Source of the DNA: a virus
Lineage: Duplodnaviria > Caudoviricetes
Virus record (IMG/VR): IMGVR_UViG_3300043570_000610
Location: 1 to 53,184 of that record
Reading direction: 5' to 3' (one strand)
DNA: 53,184 bases
In this document: one piece after another, positions 1-8,043 of the stretch
How positions within the stretch are numbered: the first letter of the stretch is position 1
Layout of the letters: each line of letters opens with the position of its first letter
Made by a program: the position numbers and the translations under genes
The notes under the pieces: model-generated
The model's database searches: none
Seen by the model: only the letters and a program-made list of their open reading frames with translations
Told to the model about the DNA's origin: nothing

Positions 1-561
1 CTTGATCCAAGAGTTAAAATAATTCCATTACCAGAAGATGTCGATGGCACGTTCATTAAAATATGGATGTATGGATTAGAAGACTTAGGTGATGTTCTTT
101 ACTTTGACCTTGATATTAGAATACAAAAAAATGTTGATAATTTATGGAATTATCTTGACGAAACCCCTACAATATGCTATACATATTGGAAGGACATAAG
201 TTGGGTTGACCAAAAGGCACGTTCATATAGCGAACAATATCTTAGTAATTATAATTCAAGTGCTGTTCTGTGGCGTTCTGGTAGTCCAAAAGCAAAGGCA
301 ATATGGGAACACTTTGAAAAAGATGCCGATTACTATATGATTAAATATTGGGGCGACGATAGATTTTTGTGGCATGAAGACTTTGACTTCAAGTGGTTTC
401 CTAAGGGTGAGTTTTATTCGTTTCTCTATGGTGCAGACTACTATGACCCAGAGAAGCGAGTTGTAGATAGATATCGACCAGAATATACCGTTTGTTTATT
501 AAACGGATTAGACTATTTTCCAGGATATGATAAAAAATATGATGAACTTTCTAACAATTAA
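1..561 (+). CDS. Glycosyltransferase-like protein (GT-A, DxD), 5' truncated
   Basis: Frame is open from base 1 (LDPRVKIIPLPED...). It has the LYFDLDI DxD motif, YNSS..LW and GDD motifs shared with the next three ORFs. Confidence 0.65.
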   Translation, partial: LDPRVKIIPLPEDVDGTFIKIWMYGLEDLGDVLYFDLDIRIQKNVDNLWNYLDETPTICYTYWKDISWVDQKARSYSEQYLSNYNSSAVLWRSGSPKAKAIWEHFEKDADYYMIKYWGDDRFLWHEDFDFKWFPKGEFYSFLYGADYYDPEKRVVDRYRPEYTVCLLNGLDYFPGYDKKYDELSNN

Positions 562-1297
562 ATGGGGTGACAAATACTCATCCGATTATGTGAACAATCT
601 ATATCACATGGTAAAAAAGAATTACACAGGAGAGTTTAGATTTATTTGTTATACGGATGATGCCTCTGATTTAGAGTGCGAAGTTCACCCTATTCCAGAT
701 GATGATTTACTACATCCAAAATACTATTTCGGAAAAGAAGCATTCTGTTTTGATAGAGCCAAGTTTTTAGTTTTTAATTCAGAAGAATGGCTAGATTGTG
801 AGCCAGAAGATAAGTTCTGCTACTTTGATTTGGATATAGTAATTCAAAGTAATATTGATGAGATTGATGCTCTAGCAGAAAAGCCTCGAATAATACATTG
901 TTTGTGGCAACCAGAAAATCAAATAGATGATAGGTTGTTTATCGAGACTAGAGGCACTTTCTTTAACTCTAGTATGATGCTGTGGTCATACGGCCAATGC
1001 CAACAAATATATTATGATGTCTATGAAAATAACGAAATAGTTTTCAAAACATTTTTTAAGGGCAGTGACAACTATCATTATTGGCGTCAACGAGAATTCT
1101 GGAAAAACATTCCCGATACATGGATATACTCTTGGAACAGAGGTCGATATTATCCAGATGATGTAGTGCGTTTCGAGTTTAGAGACGATGCCAAAATCTG
1201 CCTGTTCAATACAGATAATGTTCCCCATCCATCTGCAAAACAACATGTGGAACTAGCAGAATGTAATGATAAAAATATTGTTAGGTTGTGGAAATGA
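527..1297 (+). CDS. Glycosyltransferase-like protein (KWGxKY family, DxD)
   Basis: N-terminal TIKWGDKYSSDYVN, FICYTDD, YFDLDIVI and FNSSMMLW motifs. Start may be at 539 or 542. Confidence 0.7.
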   Translation: MIKNMMNFLTIKWGDKYSSDYVNNLYHMVKKNYTGEFRFICYTDDASDLECEVHPIPDDDLLHPKYYFGKEAFCFDRAKFLVFNSEEWLDCEPEDKFCYFDLDIVIQSNIDEIDALAEKPRIIHCLWQPENQIDDRLFIETRGTFFNSSMMLWSYGQCQQIYYDVYENNEIVFKTFFKGSDNYHYWRQREFWKNIPDTWIYSWNRGRYYPDDVVRFEFRDDAKICLFNTDNVPHPSAKQHVELAECNDKNIVRLWK

Positions 1298-2112
1298 GAG
1301 TAAATTACGTTTGTTGTAAGTGGGGCACCAAATATGATGTCGAGTTTGTCAATCGACTTTATCGGATGGCAAAGAAACATACCCCAGATAATTTTGAGTT
1401 TCACTTCTATTGCTATACAGACAACAGTGAAGGTTTTGAAACCGAGATTAAAGTAATAGACTTCCCAGACATTCCCGACATACATCCGAAATACTGGTTT
1501 GGATCTGAAGATTTTAAATACGGCATGGCACGTTGTTGGGACAGACCAAAGACGTTCATCTTCAATACACACAACTTCGCAGACGATAAACCAACTGGAA
1601 GATTTGTCTTTTTCGACCTTGATGTTATCATTCAAAATGATTTGTCGCCAATCATCACTTATGACCTAGAGAACCCTACTAAGTTACGTTCGTGGTGGCA
1701 AGACCCTAGACCCATGAAGTCTCGTAACTTTAAGTTGTCACATGGTGCATATACGAACGGCAGTTGCATGGTGTGGTCAGATGACCAGACAGAATGTATT
1801 TGGCATGATGTCCTAGAACACCAAGAACGTATTTGGTTTACATTCACGGACGGAACAGACAACTATCATAGTTGGCGATGGGGTGACTTTAGTAACACTC
1901 CTTTGTGGAAACATTTCCCAAGCACATTTGCATATTCATATAACAGAGGCAGAGATTGGGCACAGTGCGATTTGCAAGTAGGCATATATAGAAAAGACTG
2001 CATATTATGTGTCTTCAATGTGGACTTACTTCCGTTTCAGGACAATAAACGTGGCAAAGTGAAGCAGGAATCCTTAGTTGATCCCGATTTGTTAGAGCAT
2101 TGGAATGTTTGA
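1288..2112 (+). CDS. Glycosyltransferase-like protein (KWGxKY family, DxD)
   Basis: CCKWGTKY, FYCYTDN, FFDLDVII and NGSCMVW; paralog of the flanking ORFs. Confidence 0.7.
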   Translation: MEMRVNYVCCKWGTKYDVEFVNRLYRMAKKHTPDNFEFHFYCYTDNSEGFETEIKVIDFPDIPDIHPKYWFGSEDFKYGMARCWDRPKTFIFNTHNFADDKPTGRFVFFDLDVIIQNDLSPIITYDLENPTKLRSWWQDPRPMKSRNFKLSHGAYTNGSCMVWSDDQTECIWHDVLEHQERIWFTFTDGTDNYHSWRWGDFSNTPLWKHFPSTFAYSYNRGRDWAQCDLQVGIYRKDCILCVFNVDLLPFQDNKRGKVKQESLVDPDLLEHWNV

Positions 2113-2795
2113 TGATTAATATTTACACGGTGAAGTGGGGAACAAAATATAGTTCTGATCATGTCAATAAAATACTTGAGCAATGCAAAAAGCACATCAC
2201 TACTGAGTTTAATTTTTATTGCCTGACTGAACAAACGATTGGGTTACACTCCGACGTTATTGTAATTCCTTTTCCAGAGGGTAACTATTATGAAAAGTGG
2301 TGGAACAAATTATACTTGTTTGAGAAACAAGTTGTTACGCAACAAGGAGAGAAACTATTTCTTGATTTAGATATAGTTATTCAGCGCAATATCGATTGCA
2401 TCGTAGACCATAACCCAGAAGATGGTTTAACATTTGTTCGCACTCACTGGCACAACCTAGAGAAAATGAAAGAAGATACGAAGGATACTCCTCGTATGTA
2501 TACAGACCTAAATTCAAGCGTGTTAAGATGGAATGATAACTTAGATGTCGATAGAATAACCAAATTCGTCAGAGATTATCCTGACCAAATGTTTTATTAT
2601 TATCGGGGCCTTGATAATCTTTTCGGTCACCAGAGAGAACGCCTTTTAAATATTGATTTTTTCCCAGATGGTTGGGTTTATAGTTATAACTATGGATACA
2701 TGTGGCCAATCGATACTAGAGAACATGTTCTAAGACCTGAACCACTTATTTGTTTATTCGATTCAATGGAAAGACCACAAGATGTTAAATTATAA
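2100..2795 (+). CDS. Glycosyltransferase-like protein (KWGxKY family, DxD)
   Basis: TVKWGTKY, FYCLTE, WWNKLYLF, FLDLDIVI and NSSVLRW. True start is probably ATG 2112. Confidence 0.7.
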   Translation: MECLMINIYTVKWGTKYSSDHVNKILEQCKKHITTEFNFYCLTEQTIGLHSDVIVIPFPEGNYYEKWWNKLYLFEKQVVTQQGEKLFLDLDIVIQRNIDCIVDHNPEDGLTFVRTHWHNLEKMKEDTKDTPRMYTDLNSSVLRWNDNLDVDRITKFVRDYPDQMFYYYRGLDNLFGHQRERLLNIDFFPDGWVYSYNYGYMWPIDTREHVLRPEPLICLFDSMERPQDVKL

Positions 2796-3438
2796 TTACT
2801 TAAATAACTATCGTTACTGGGGTGAAGGATTAGAAAAGATCAATCACGAACTGCCATGGAAACATGAAGACTTTCGTAAGTCTTTAAATGCGAATACCAT
2901 GGATGCTGCTATTTGGTTAGTCGAAGAACTATTGAAAGTGAAAGATCTTCCAAAAGAACTTAACATTACAATTCTAAATTCTTGGTTAGGGTTTCCTCTG
3001 GTACCATTACTTTGTGAAAATTTAAATGTCAAAAAAATCAATTTGATCGATATTGATAAAGATGCATTAGAATTATCAAAGGTGTTCAATCGTTACTATA
3101 GTGATAGCGGTGTAGAATTGGACCACATCAATTGGGATGTTCCTTTTGCATATCACGATATTAACGCAATAAATACTGATATAATTGTTTCTATTGGTTG
3201 TGAGACTATGTATCCATTGAAAAATTTAACTACTGCAAATAAAGATTGTATCTTTGCTTGTCAGTCATCTAATGTTTTTAAAGAGATGTATGGCATTAAT
3301 TGTGTCCCAACAATTGAAGAGCATGTTGAGAATGTTGGAATTACTGATGTTTTCTACGAGGGAAAGATTGAACAGTCTTATTGGTCATGGGATGGTAAAG
3401 TAGATTTCGATAGATTTATGGTTATAGGAAGGAAGTAA
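2782..3438 (+). CDS. SAM-dependent methyltransferase-like protein
   Basis: Rossmann-like ITILNSWLG...INLIDID...IVSIGCETM and C-terminal RFMVIG; resembles the ORF at 51396-51980. Confidence 0.5.
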   Translation: MLNYNYLNNYRYWGEGLEKINHELPWKHEDFRKSLNANTMDAAIWLVEELLKVKDLPKELNITILNSWLGFPLVPLLCENLNVKKINLIDIDKDALELSKVFNRYYSDSGVELDHINWDVPFAYHDINAINTDIIVSIGCETMYPLKNLTTANKDCIFACQSSNVFKEMYGINCVPTIEEHVENVGITDVFYEGKIEQSYWSWDGKVDFDRFMVIGRK

Positions 3439-3439
3439 T

Positions 3440-4165
3440 ATGGGAAGAGCCAGAGTTGTTGCACCACCACCCGAGGATTATATCCCAGAACCTTTAGTAT
3501 CACTTCCACCAGAGCCAGTTGAAGTAGTTGTAGAAGAGTGGGTTGACGGAAACTTCCAAGAAGAAATTATTGAAGTTGAGATTAATGAACCCTCTCAAGA
3601 AGAACTTGATAGAGAAAAAATCGCGCAAGAAAAACATGAAGAATTGCAGAGACAGAAACTTGCCGTAGTAGAAGATGCGAGAGTAGCGGAAGAAACAATC
3701 GCACGAGCAAAAGAGATTATAGAAAACCCTCCTGTGAAAATTGAGACTGTAGTTGAAACAGTTATAGAAACCGTTCATATTACAGACCCAAAATTGGTAG
3801 AAGAATTACAAGTTCTTAAAGCAGCAAATGAAAAACTTATCGAAGAAAAAGATGCGGTAGAAAAGGCAAGAGAAGACCAGATTGTAAAAATGCGCCAACA
3901 AGCAACAGACAAGCAAGTCAGTCAGTTGAATATGGTGCAGGCAAGAAAACCTACTTTACTTAGTAAAGTAAAAGATTTCTTTCGACGCAGAAGAATCAAA
4001 CTTGCTACCGTTTCTCAGGCGAACTACGAACAGGCAATTATCTACCAAGCATCTGTTGCTGTTCCAAAGATGCTAGACGAAATTGAAAAGATGCATGAAA
4101 GTTTGACTATCTTAGAAGAACTTCTAGCGAAAAACAAAGAACGTCAAAAGATTAAAGTTCGGTGA
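3440..4165 (+). CDS. Hypothetical acidic coiled-coil protein
   Basis: 241-aa ORF with a Pro/Glu-rich N-terminus and heptad-like E/K/Q-rich helices. Confidence 0.6.
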   Translation: MGRARVVAPPPEDYIPEPLVSLPPEPVEVVVEEWVDGNFQEEIIEVEINEPSQEELDREKIAQEKHEELQRQKLAVVEDARVAEETIARAKEIIENPPVKIETVVETVIETVHITDPKLVEELQVLKAANEKLIEEKDAVEKAREDQIVKMRQQATDKQVSQLNMVQARKPTLLSKVKDFFRRRRIKLATVSQANYEQAIIYQASVAVPKMLDEIEKMHESLTILEELLAKNKERQKIKVR

Positions 4166-4799
4166 AATCTACACCCGTAATATCTTCAACCATTGATTTC
4201 CAGAGGTCCTCATGAGGAACGACATAACCGAGAGTGAGGCGCTTGCTGCGGCTACCAGCACAGTGATAGAAGACCTTATCGGCCTCGCTACGCCTACCGA
4301 AGTAGCCGACCTTGACCGACCATCCCTTGGGGTCCCAAAGAGTGACCATTTCTTTTGTTATTGGATCTAGATATCTAAAGTAGCCGCCATTCTCTTCTGT
4401 ATTATAAGAAAGAAGAATGTTGTGGCCGCTTGCATTCCAGTTTGTGTGCCAGCCCATAAATCCATTTTCTGGATAATAAACATGAACCGCATTGTTCTTA
4501 GCGCCAAGAAACGAAATTAATTCACGATTGAGTTTCTGTTGCTTTTCGCGGTGAGTGGTAGGAACAGTATCTACCATTCCGATATCACAACAGAAAGCAG
4601 TTTCTGGATAGCCTTCATGCTCTCCATCTTTGCTGACAATTTCATTCATATACTTTTCAGAAGTGCCGGTGTCGATATCAAATTGTCGGCGTCTATCCGG
4701 CTCTCTCAATTTGTCATGGTCGGTTTGTGAGAAGAACCAATCCGTATATGGTGTAAGGATTTCCAGAAGTTCTGGATTTATGTTACTGGAAACTTTCAT
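4152..4799 (-). CDS. 2OG-Fe(II) oxygenase-like protein
   Basis: YYPENGFMGWHTN (HxN in place of HxD), distal FYHC and conserved R in SKRLTLG; double-stranded beta-helix pattern. Confidence 0.55.
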   Translation of the reverse strand: MKVSSNINPELLEILTPYTDWFFSQTDHDKLREPDRRRQFDIDTGTSEKYMNEIVSKDGEHEGYPETAFCCDIGMVDTVPTTHREKQQKLNRELISFLGAKNNAVHVYYPENGFMGWHTNWNASGHNILLSYNTEENGGYFRYLDPITKEMVTLWDPKGWSVKVGYFGRRSEADKVFYHCAGSRSKRLTLGYVVPHEDLWKSMVEDITGVDFTEL

Positions 4800-5497
4800 T
4801 ATTTGTCTCTAACCCACGGTGGTAATGTATAGTGATAGATGACAATCTCTTGTCCCTGTAATTCTTCTTCTTTGTATCCAATTACAAAATTCCATCTTGC
4901 ATCAGGATCTGGAAACCTGCCCGTTCTAACACCAGTATTTCCATATGTCAATAGGCGCCACATTGTAAATGTGTCCCACTGCATTGCATCTGCTGGATAA
5001 TGTTGCCGGTCGTAGCCGGGTTCATTCTGACTACAATATTCTCCCCACCAAGAACTCATTAGTTTCAGTGTCTGTATATTATTACGGTATACAAAAAGAC
5101 CACAATGCTCGGTCATTTCTTCAGTCTCAGATAACTTTGTAAGAGCCGCGTTATATGGCCGATTTGCAGTAAACAAAACGTCTACATCATCTGGAATCTG
5201 ATTAAAGATTTTTTGAATGTCTTCGTGCCGAACTTCTGTATCACAGTCCATATAAACTGTCAAGTCATAAGGTGTTTTATCTAAAGCCCACAGCTTGGCT
5301 CTCTTATGATATGGAACATCATCTGTAATGACATTTTCAAAGATGTCATAGTCTTCTGGTTCCACCCATTCTGCATGAGTGAATAAAGTAATCTTTGCTT
5401 CTGGCCAATAGTCTAGAAGAGACAACGCCGAATTCTTAGCAGCGCGGTAGTAGCCTCTGCGTAAAGATGCTACGTAAACAAAACCATTATTTTCCAT
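4799..5497 (-). CDS. Glycosyltransferase-like protein (GT-A, DxD)
   Basis: GFVYVAS, TPYDLTVYMDCDT (DxD), HCGLFVY, WDTFTMW and IYHY. Confidence 0.65.
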   Translation of the reverse strand: MENNGFVYVASLRRGYYRAAKNSALSLLDYWPEAKITLFTHAEWVEPEDYDIFENVITDDVPYHKRAKLWALDKTPYDLTVYMDCDTEVRHEDIQKIFNQIPDDVDVLFTANRPYNAALTKLSETEEMTEHCGLFVYRNNIQTLKLMSSWWGEYCSQNEPGYDRQHYPADAMQWDTFTMWRLLTYGNTGVRTGRFPDPDARWNFVIGYKEEELQGQEIVIYHYTLPPWVRDK

Positions 5498-5960
5498 CGC
5501 TCAATGCTTCTTCTGACTGAATCAACATAACGGTATAAGCCATAACTTCAAGCGCAGACTTTGATCTGCGTATCTTGGTCTTTAATGGCTTGTTGGTAGA
5601 ATTCTTGATAGTAGCAATTTCAAATGCTTCTAGTTTAGCCTCAAAAAGAGCCTCATCTTTGCGGCGTTGTTGATCTACCTTAGAGCGTTCCATGCGCTGG
5701 CGAACTTCTTCGGAGCGGCGCTCTTCTCTGCGACGAGTGTTCTCATCAATCTGTTCTTCGGTGAACTTTTCCATAATAGCAATGTAATCTGGATTATTGC
5801 CCTCACCCGACACGGATGCGGGCAATCTCTTACCATCTGGATAGATGATAATAACCATTACTTGCTTTAGTTCTTTATTTAACCAAAAGGGTTCGTCGTA
5901 GTCTTTAGTTTCTACTACTTCACCCGACGGTATAATTACCGTATCTTCATCCACAATCAT
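5487..5960 (-). CDS. Hypothetical protein (possible fibre assembly chaperone)
   Basis: 157-aa ORF with SD GGAG, directly downstream of the repeat fibre gene; charged helical C-terminus. Confidence 0.5.
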   Translation of the reverse strand: MIVDEDTVIIPSGEVVETKDYDEPFWLNKELKQVMVIIIYPDGKRLPASVSGEGNNPDYIAIMEKFTEEQIDENTRRREERRSEEVRQRMERSKVDQQRRKDEALFEAKLEAFEIATIKNSTNKPLKTKIRRSKSALEVMAYTVMLIQSEEALSDGK

Positions 5961-6004
5961 TCAACTCTCCATAAAAAGAAATAATATAAAGTATATAGTA
6001 TAGT

Positions 6005-7312
6005 TTAAGCGGTACGAATCCAAAGAGATACTGTTGATACTGTATCTTTAGTTGCTTGAATTGTATCGCCTGCATATGTGCCAGAATATGTTCCAGTATA
6101 AGTTCTGCTACCAGCATATGCACCGGTGTATGTACTTGAACCGGCAAAACTATTTGCATACGTACCAGAGTAAGTTCTGGAGCCAGAATAGTTCGCAGAA
6201 TATGTTCTGTCACCAGCAAATGCGCCAGCAAAGTTTGTCGCCGCCGAAACATAGCCCGCGTTAGCATATGTTCTAGTACCAGCAAACGTGCCGCCAACGA
6301 AACCACCAAAAAAGCGAGTATAGCTGGCTGAATATGTTCGTGATCCCGCAAACGGTCTAGTGCCAGAGAAGTTAGTCACGTAAGAACCCGTATATGTTCT
6401 AGTTCCGGAATACGTTGTGCTGTAAGTTCTGGTACCAGAAAAAGTATTTGTGTATCCCGCTGGTGTATACGTTCTAGTCCCAGCATATCCTACGTTAGAA
6501 TATGTTCTAGTACCACCATAGTCGCCGGTATAGTTTGCAGATGCGACTTGCTCACGGGTATCAGAAGCTGAACCCATGCTAACCCAAGTACCAGGAGATG
6601 GCGATGATGCTTGGATCTTATATGTACCAACACTGGTGCTGATAATACGATTTCTGAAATAAGGAATCATTTCCTGAATTTCAGTATCGGTCATTTGCTT
6701 TACGTTATTGCCGCTGTATGTCTTTAGTGGGCGAAGATCGGCATCAGGCGATGTTGTGGCCGCAGTCTTCTGCCAAATATAATAAGTTGTGTTGCCACCA
6801 TTTGCAACATCGGTAATGGTGTATCGTGAGGTCCATGTACCGCCACTTGGCGCCGAACCAGCAAGACGATACTGACCTGCAGTATACTCTGATTCAGTAA
6901 CCATTGCTGTTACCGCTTGGTCAATAATATCATTGCGGATCTGAGCATCTGTCATTTGCTGAATTGCAGCGTCATATTGCAGCGGACGATTTGTTATTGT
7001 ACCTGCATCTTCAGCAGTAATTTGCTTTGCATAATACGTTACAGTGGTTATAGCACCAGTAGCAGGGTGTGTGCCAGTCGCTTCGTCCCGATCTGTATCA
7101 ACAAATGTGCCGATTGCGGTACCAGAAAGTGCGTTTGCTGTATCAATATTGAGGTCGGCGGTGTTAGAACCATTACCTACTGCACCGGCAAATCCTACTG
7201 TGATCTTATTAGCAATATAATTTTTAACTTCCGCATTTGACATGGTTTGCAAACCCTGAAAGTTTGCAGAAGTAATCGGTGTAGTAGATGCTTTGAGCTT
7301 TAAAGGGTTCAT
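6005..7312 (-). CDS. Putative tail fibre/virion appendage protein with GxRTY repeats
   Basis: Three internally repeated domains (xPL...QxMT/S..I..., GxY...GTW) and a Gly/Ser/Thr/Tyr repeat region; located in the tail operon. Confidence 0.55.
   Translation of the reverse strand: MNPLKLKASTTPITSANFQGLQTMSNAEVKNYIANKITVGFAGAVGNGSNTADLNIDTANALSGTAIGTFVDTDRDEATGTHPATGAITTVTYYAKQITAEDAGTITNRPLQYDAAIQQMTDAQIRNDIIDQAVTAMVTESEYTAGQYRLAGSAPSGGTWTSRYTITDVANGGNTTYYIWQKTAATTSPDADLRPLKTYSGNNVKQMTDTEIQEMIPYFRNRIISTSVGTYKIQASSPSPGTWVSMGSASDTREQVASANYTGDYGGTRTYSNVGYAGTRTYTPAGYTNTFSGTRTYSTTYSGTRTYTGSYVTNFSGTRPFAGSRTYSASYTRFFGGFVGGTFAGTRTYANAGYVSAATNFAGAFAGDRTYSANYSGSRTYSGTYANSFAGSSTYTGAYAGSRTYTGTYSGTYAGDTIQATKDTVSTVSLWIRTA
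6070..6540 (-). repeat. Coding repeat region: nine G-x-R-T-Y units plus GTRPF and GSSTY variants
   Basis: Read directly from the translation; DNA repeats such as tatgttctagtacc recur at about 6267 and 6501. Confidence 0.85.
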
Positions 7313-7323
7313 TTTCTATAACC

Positions 7324-7806
7324 TTAATTTAGTCTTGTGCCGCTTGAATTAAATACCAACAGAGGTGTCAGTGAATACCAATCTGTAGCATCCTTAGCAA
7401 CAAAAGTAGCAGATGAACCAGCAGCTACCGTGATAGCAACGTTAACCGTTCCACCGTTAATCTTGTCTGATACGTTTGGATAAACTAGAAGATTTGTTGC
7501 AGTAGTATTAACAACTGTATAAGTCAACGAGGCTTCGGCTGTTGGAAGTTTAACACCTGCTCCAGAACCCACTGTAGTGATAATATTATAAACATCCGAA
7601 AGTTCTGTTGCACCAGACTGGTTTGTTCCTGCCGCAGAAACAGTAGCCGAGATGGAAGGCTTTAGGTCGCCCGTTAGAGTAAGATTACCAAACGTAGGAT
7701 TGTCACCCGATTGATACTTATCAGTATTAAGATTGTTGAAGTTATTATCAACTTCGGTATTTGTAAGAGGTGACCCCTTTACGGATCTAAGTATAACTGT
7801 GGCCAT
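7324..7806 (-). CDS. Virion structural/fibre-associated protein
   Basis: N-terminal LRSVKGSPLTNTEVDNNFNNL is typical of T4-like fibre attachment segments; preceded by a late promoter. Confidence 0.5.
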   Translation of the reverse strand: MATVILRSVKGSPLTNTEVDNNFNNLNTDKYQSGDNPTFGNLTLTGDLKPSISATVSAAGTNQSGATELSDVYNIITTVGSGAGVKLPTAEASLTYTVVNTTATNLLVYPNVSDKINGGTVNVAITVAAGSSATFVAKDATDWYSLTPLLVFNSSGTRLN

Positions 7807-7808
7807 AT

Positions 7809-8042
7809 CTATCTACCTTGGTTCTGTAAGACTTGTTGCAACAACAATTTGATATCTAACATCTCTTGTTTGACACTATTTATATCATTTTCAAATTGTC
7901 GAAGCTGGTTTGTTTGTTCTCTTTCTTTGTTTTTTCTAGCTTTGTATGCTGATAATCCAGCAACATCGGTAGAAATAATGGCTTTTGAATGACCATCTCT
8001 AACATATTTAGTTGTGTCGTCCAGATGATATCTTTGCTGCAT
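7809..8042 (-). CDS. Small conserved hypothetical protein
   Basis: 77 aa, VRD..SKAII motif plus coiled-coil; tightly packed in the operon. Confidence 0.6.
   Translation of the reverse strand: MQQRYHLDDTTKYVRDGHSKAIISTDVAGLSAYKARKNKEREQTNQLRQFENDINSVKQEMLDIKLLLQQVLQNQGR
7877..7884 (-). promoter_or_regulatory. T4-type late promoter TATAAATA
   Basis: Exact consensus about 70 nt upstream of the 7806 start; would drive the fibre, GT and oxygenase genes. Confidence 0.6.
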
Positions 8043-8043
8043 A

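Noticed and set aside
6070-6540. Possible CRISPR array or DGR variable region
   Set aside because: Repeats are short, degenerate and codon-phased, with no spacers. There is no reverse transcriptase or adenine-specific template/variable repeat pair in the window.
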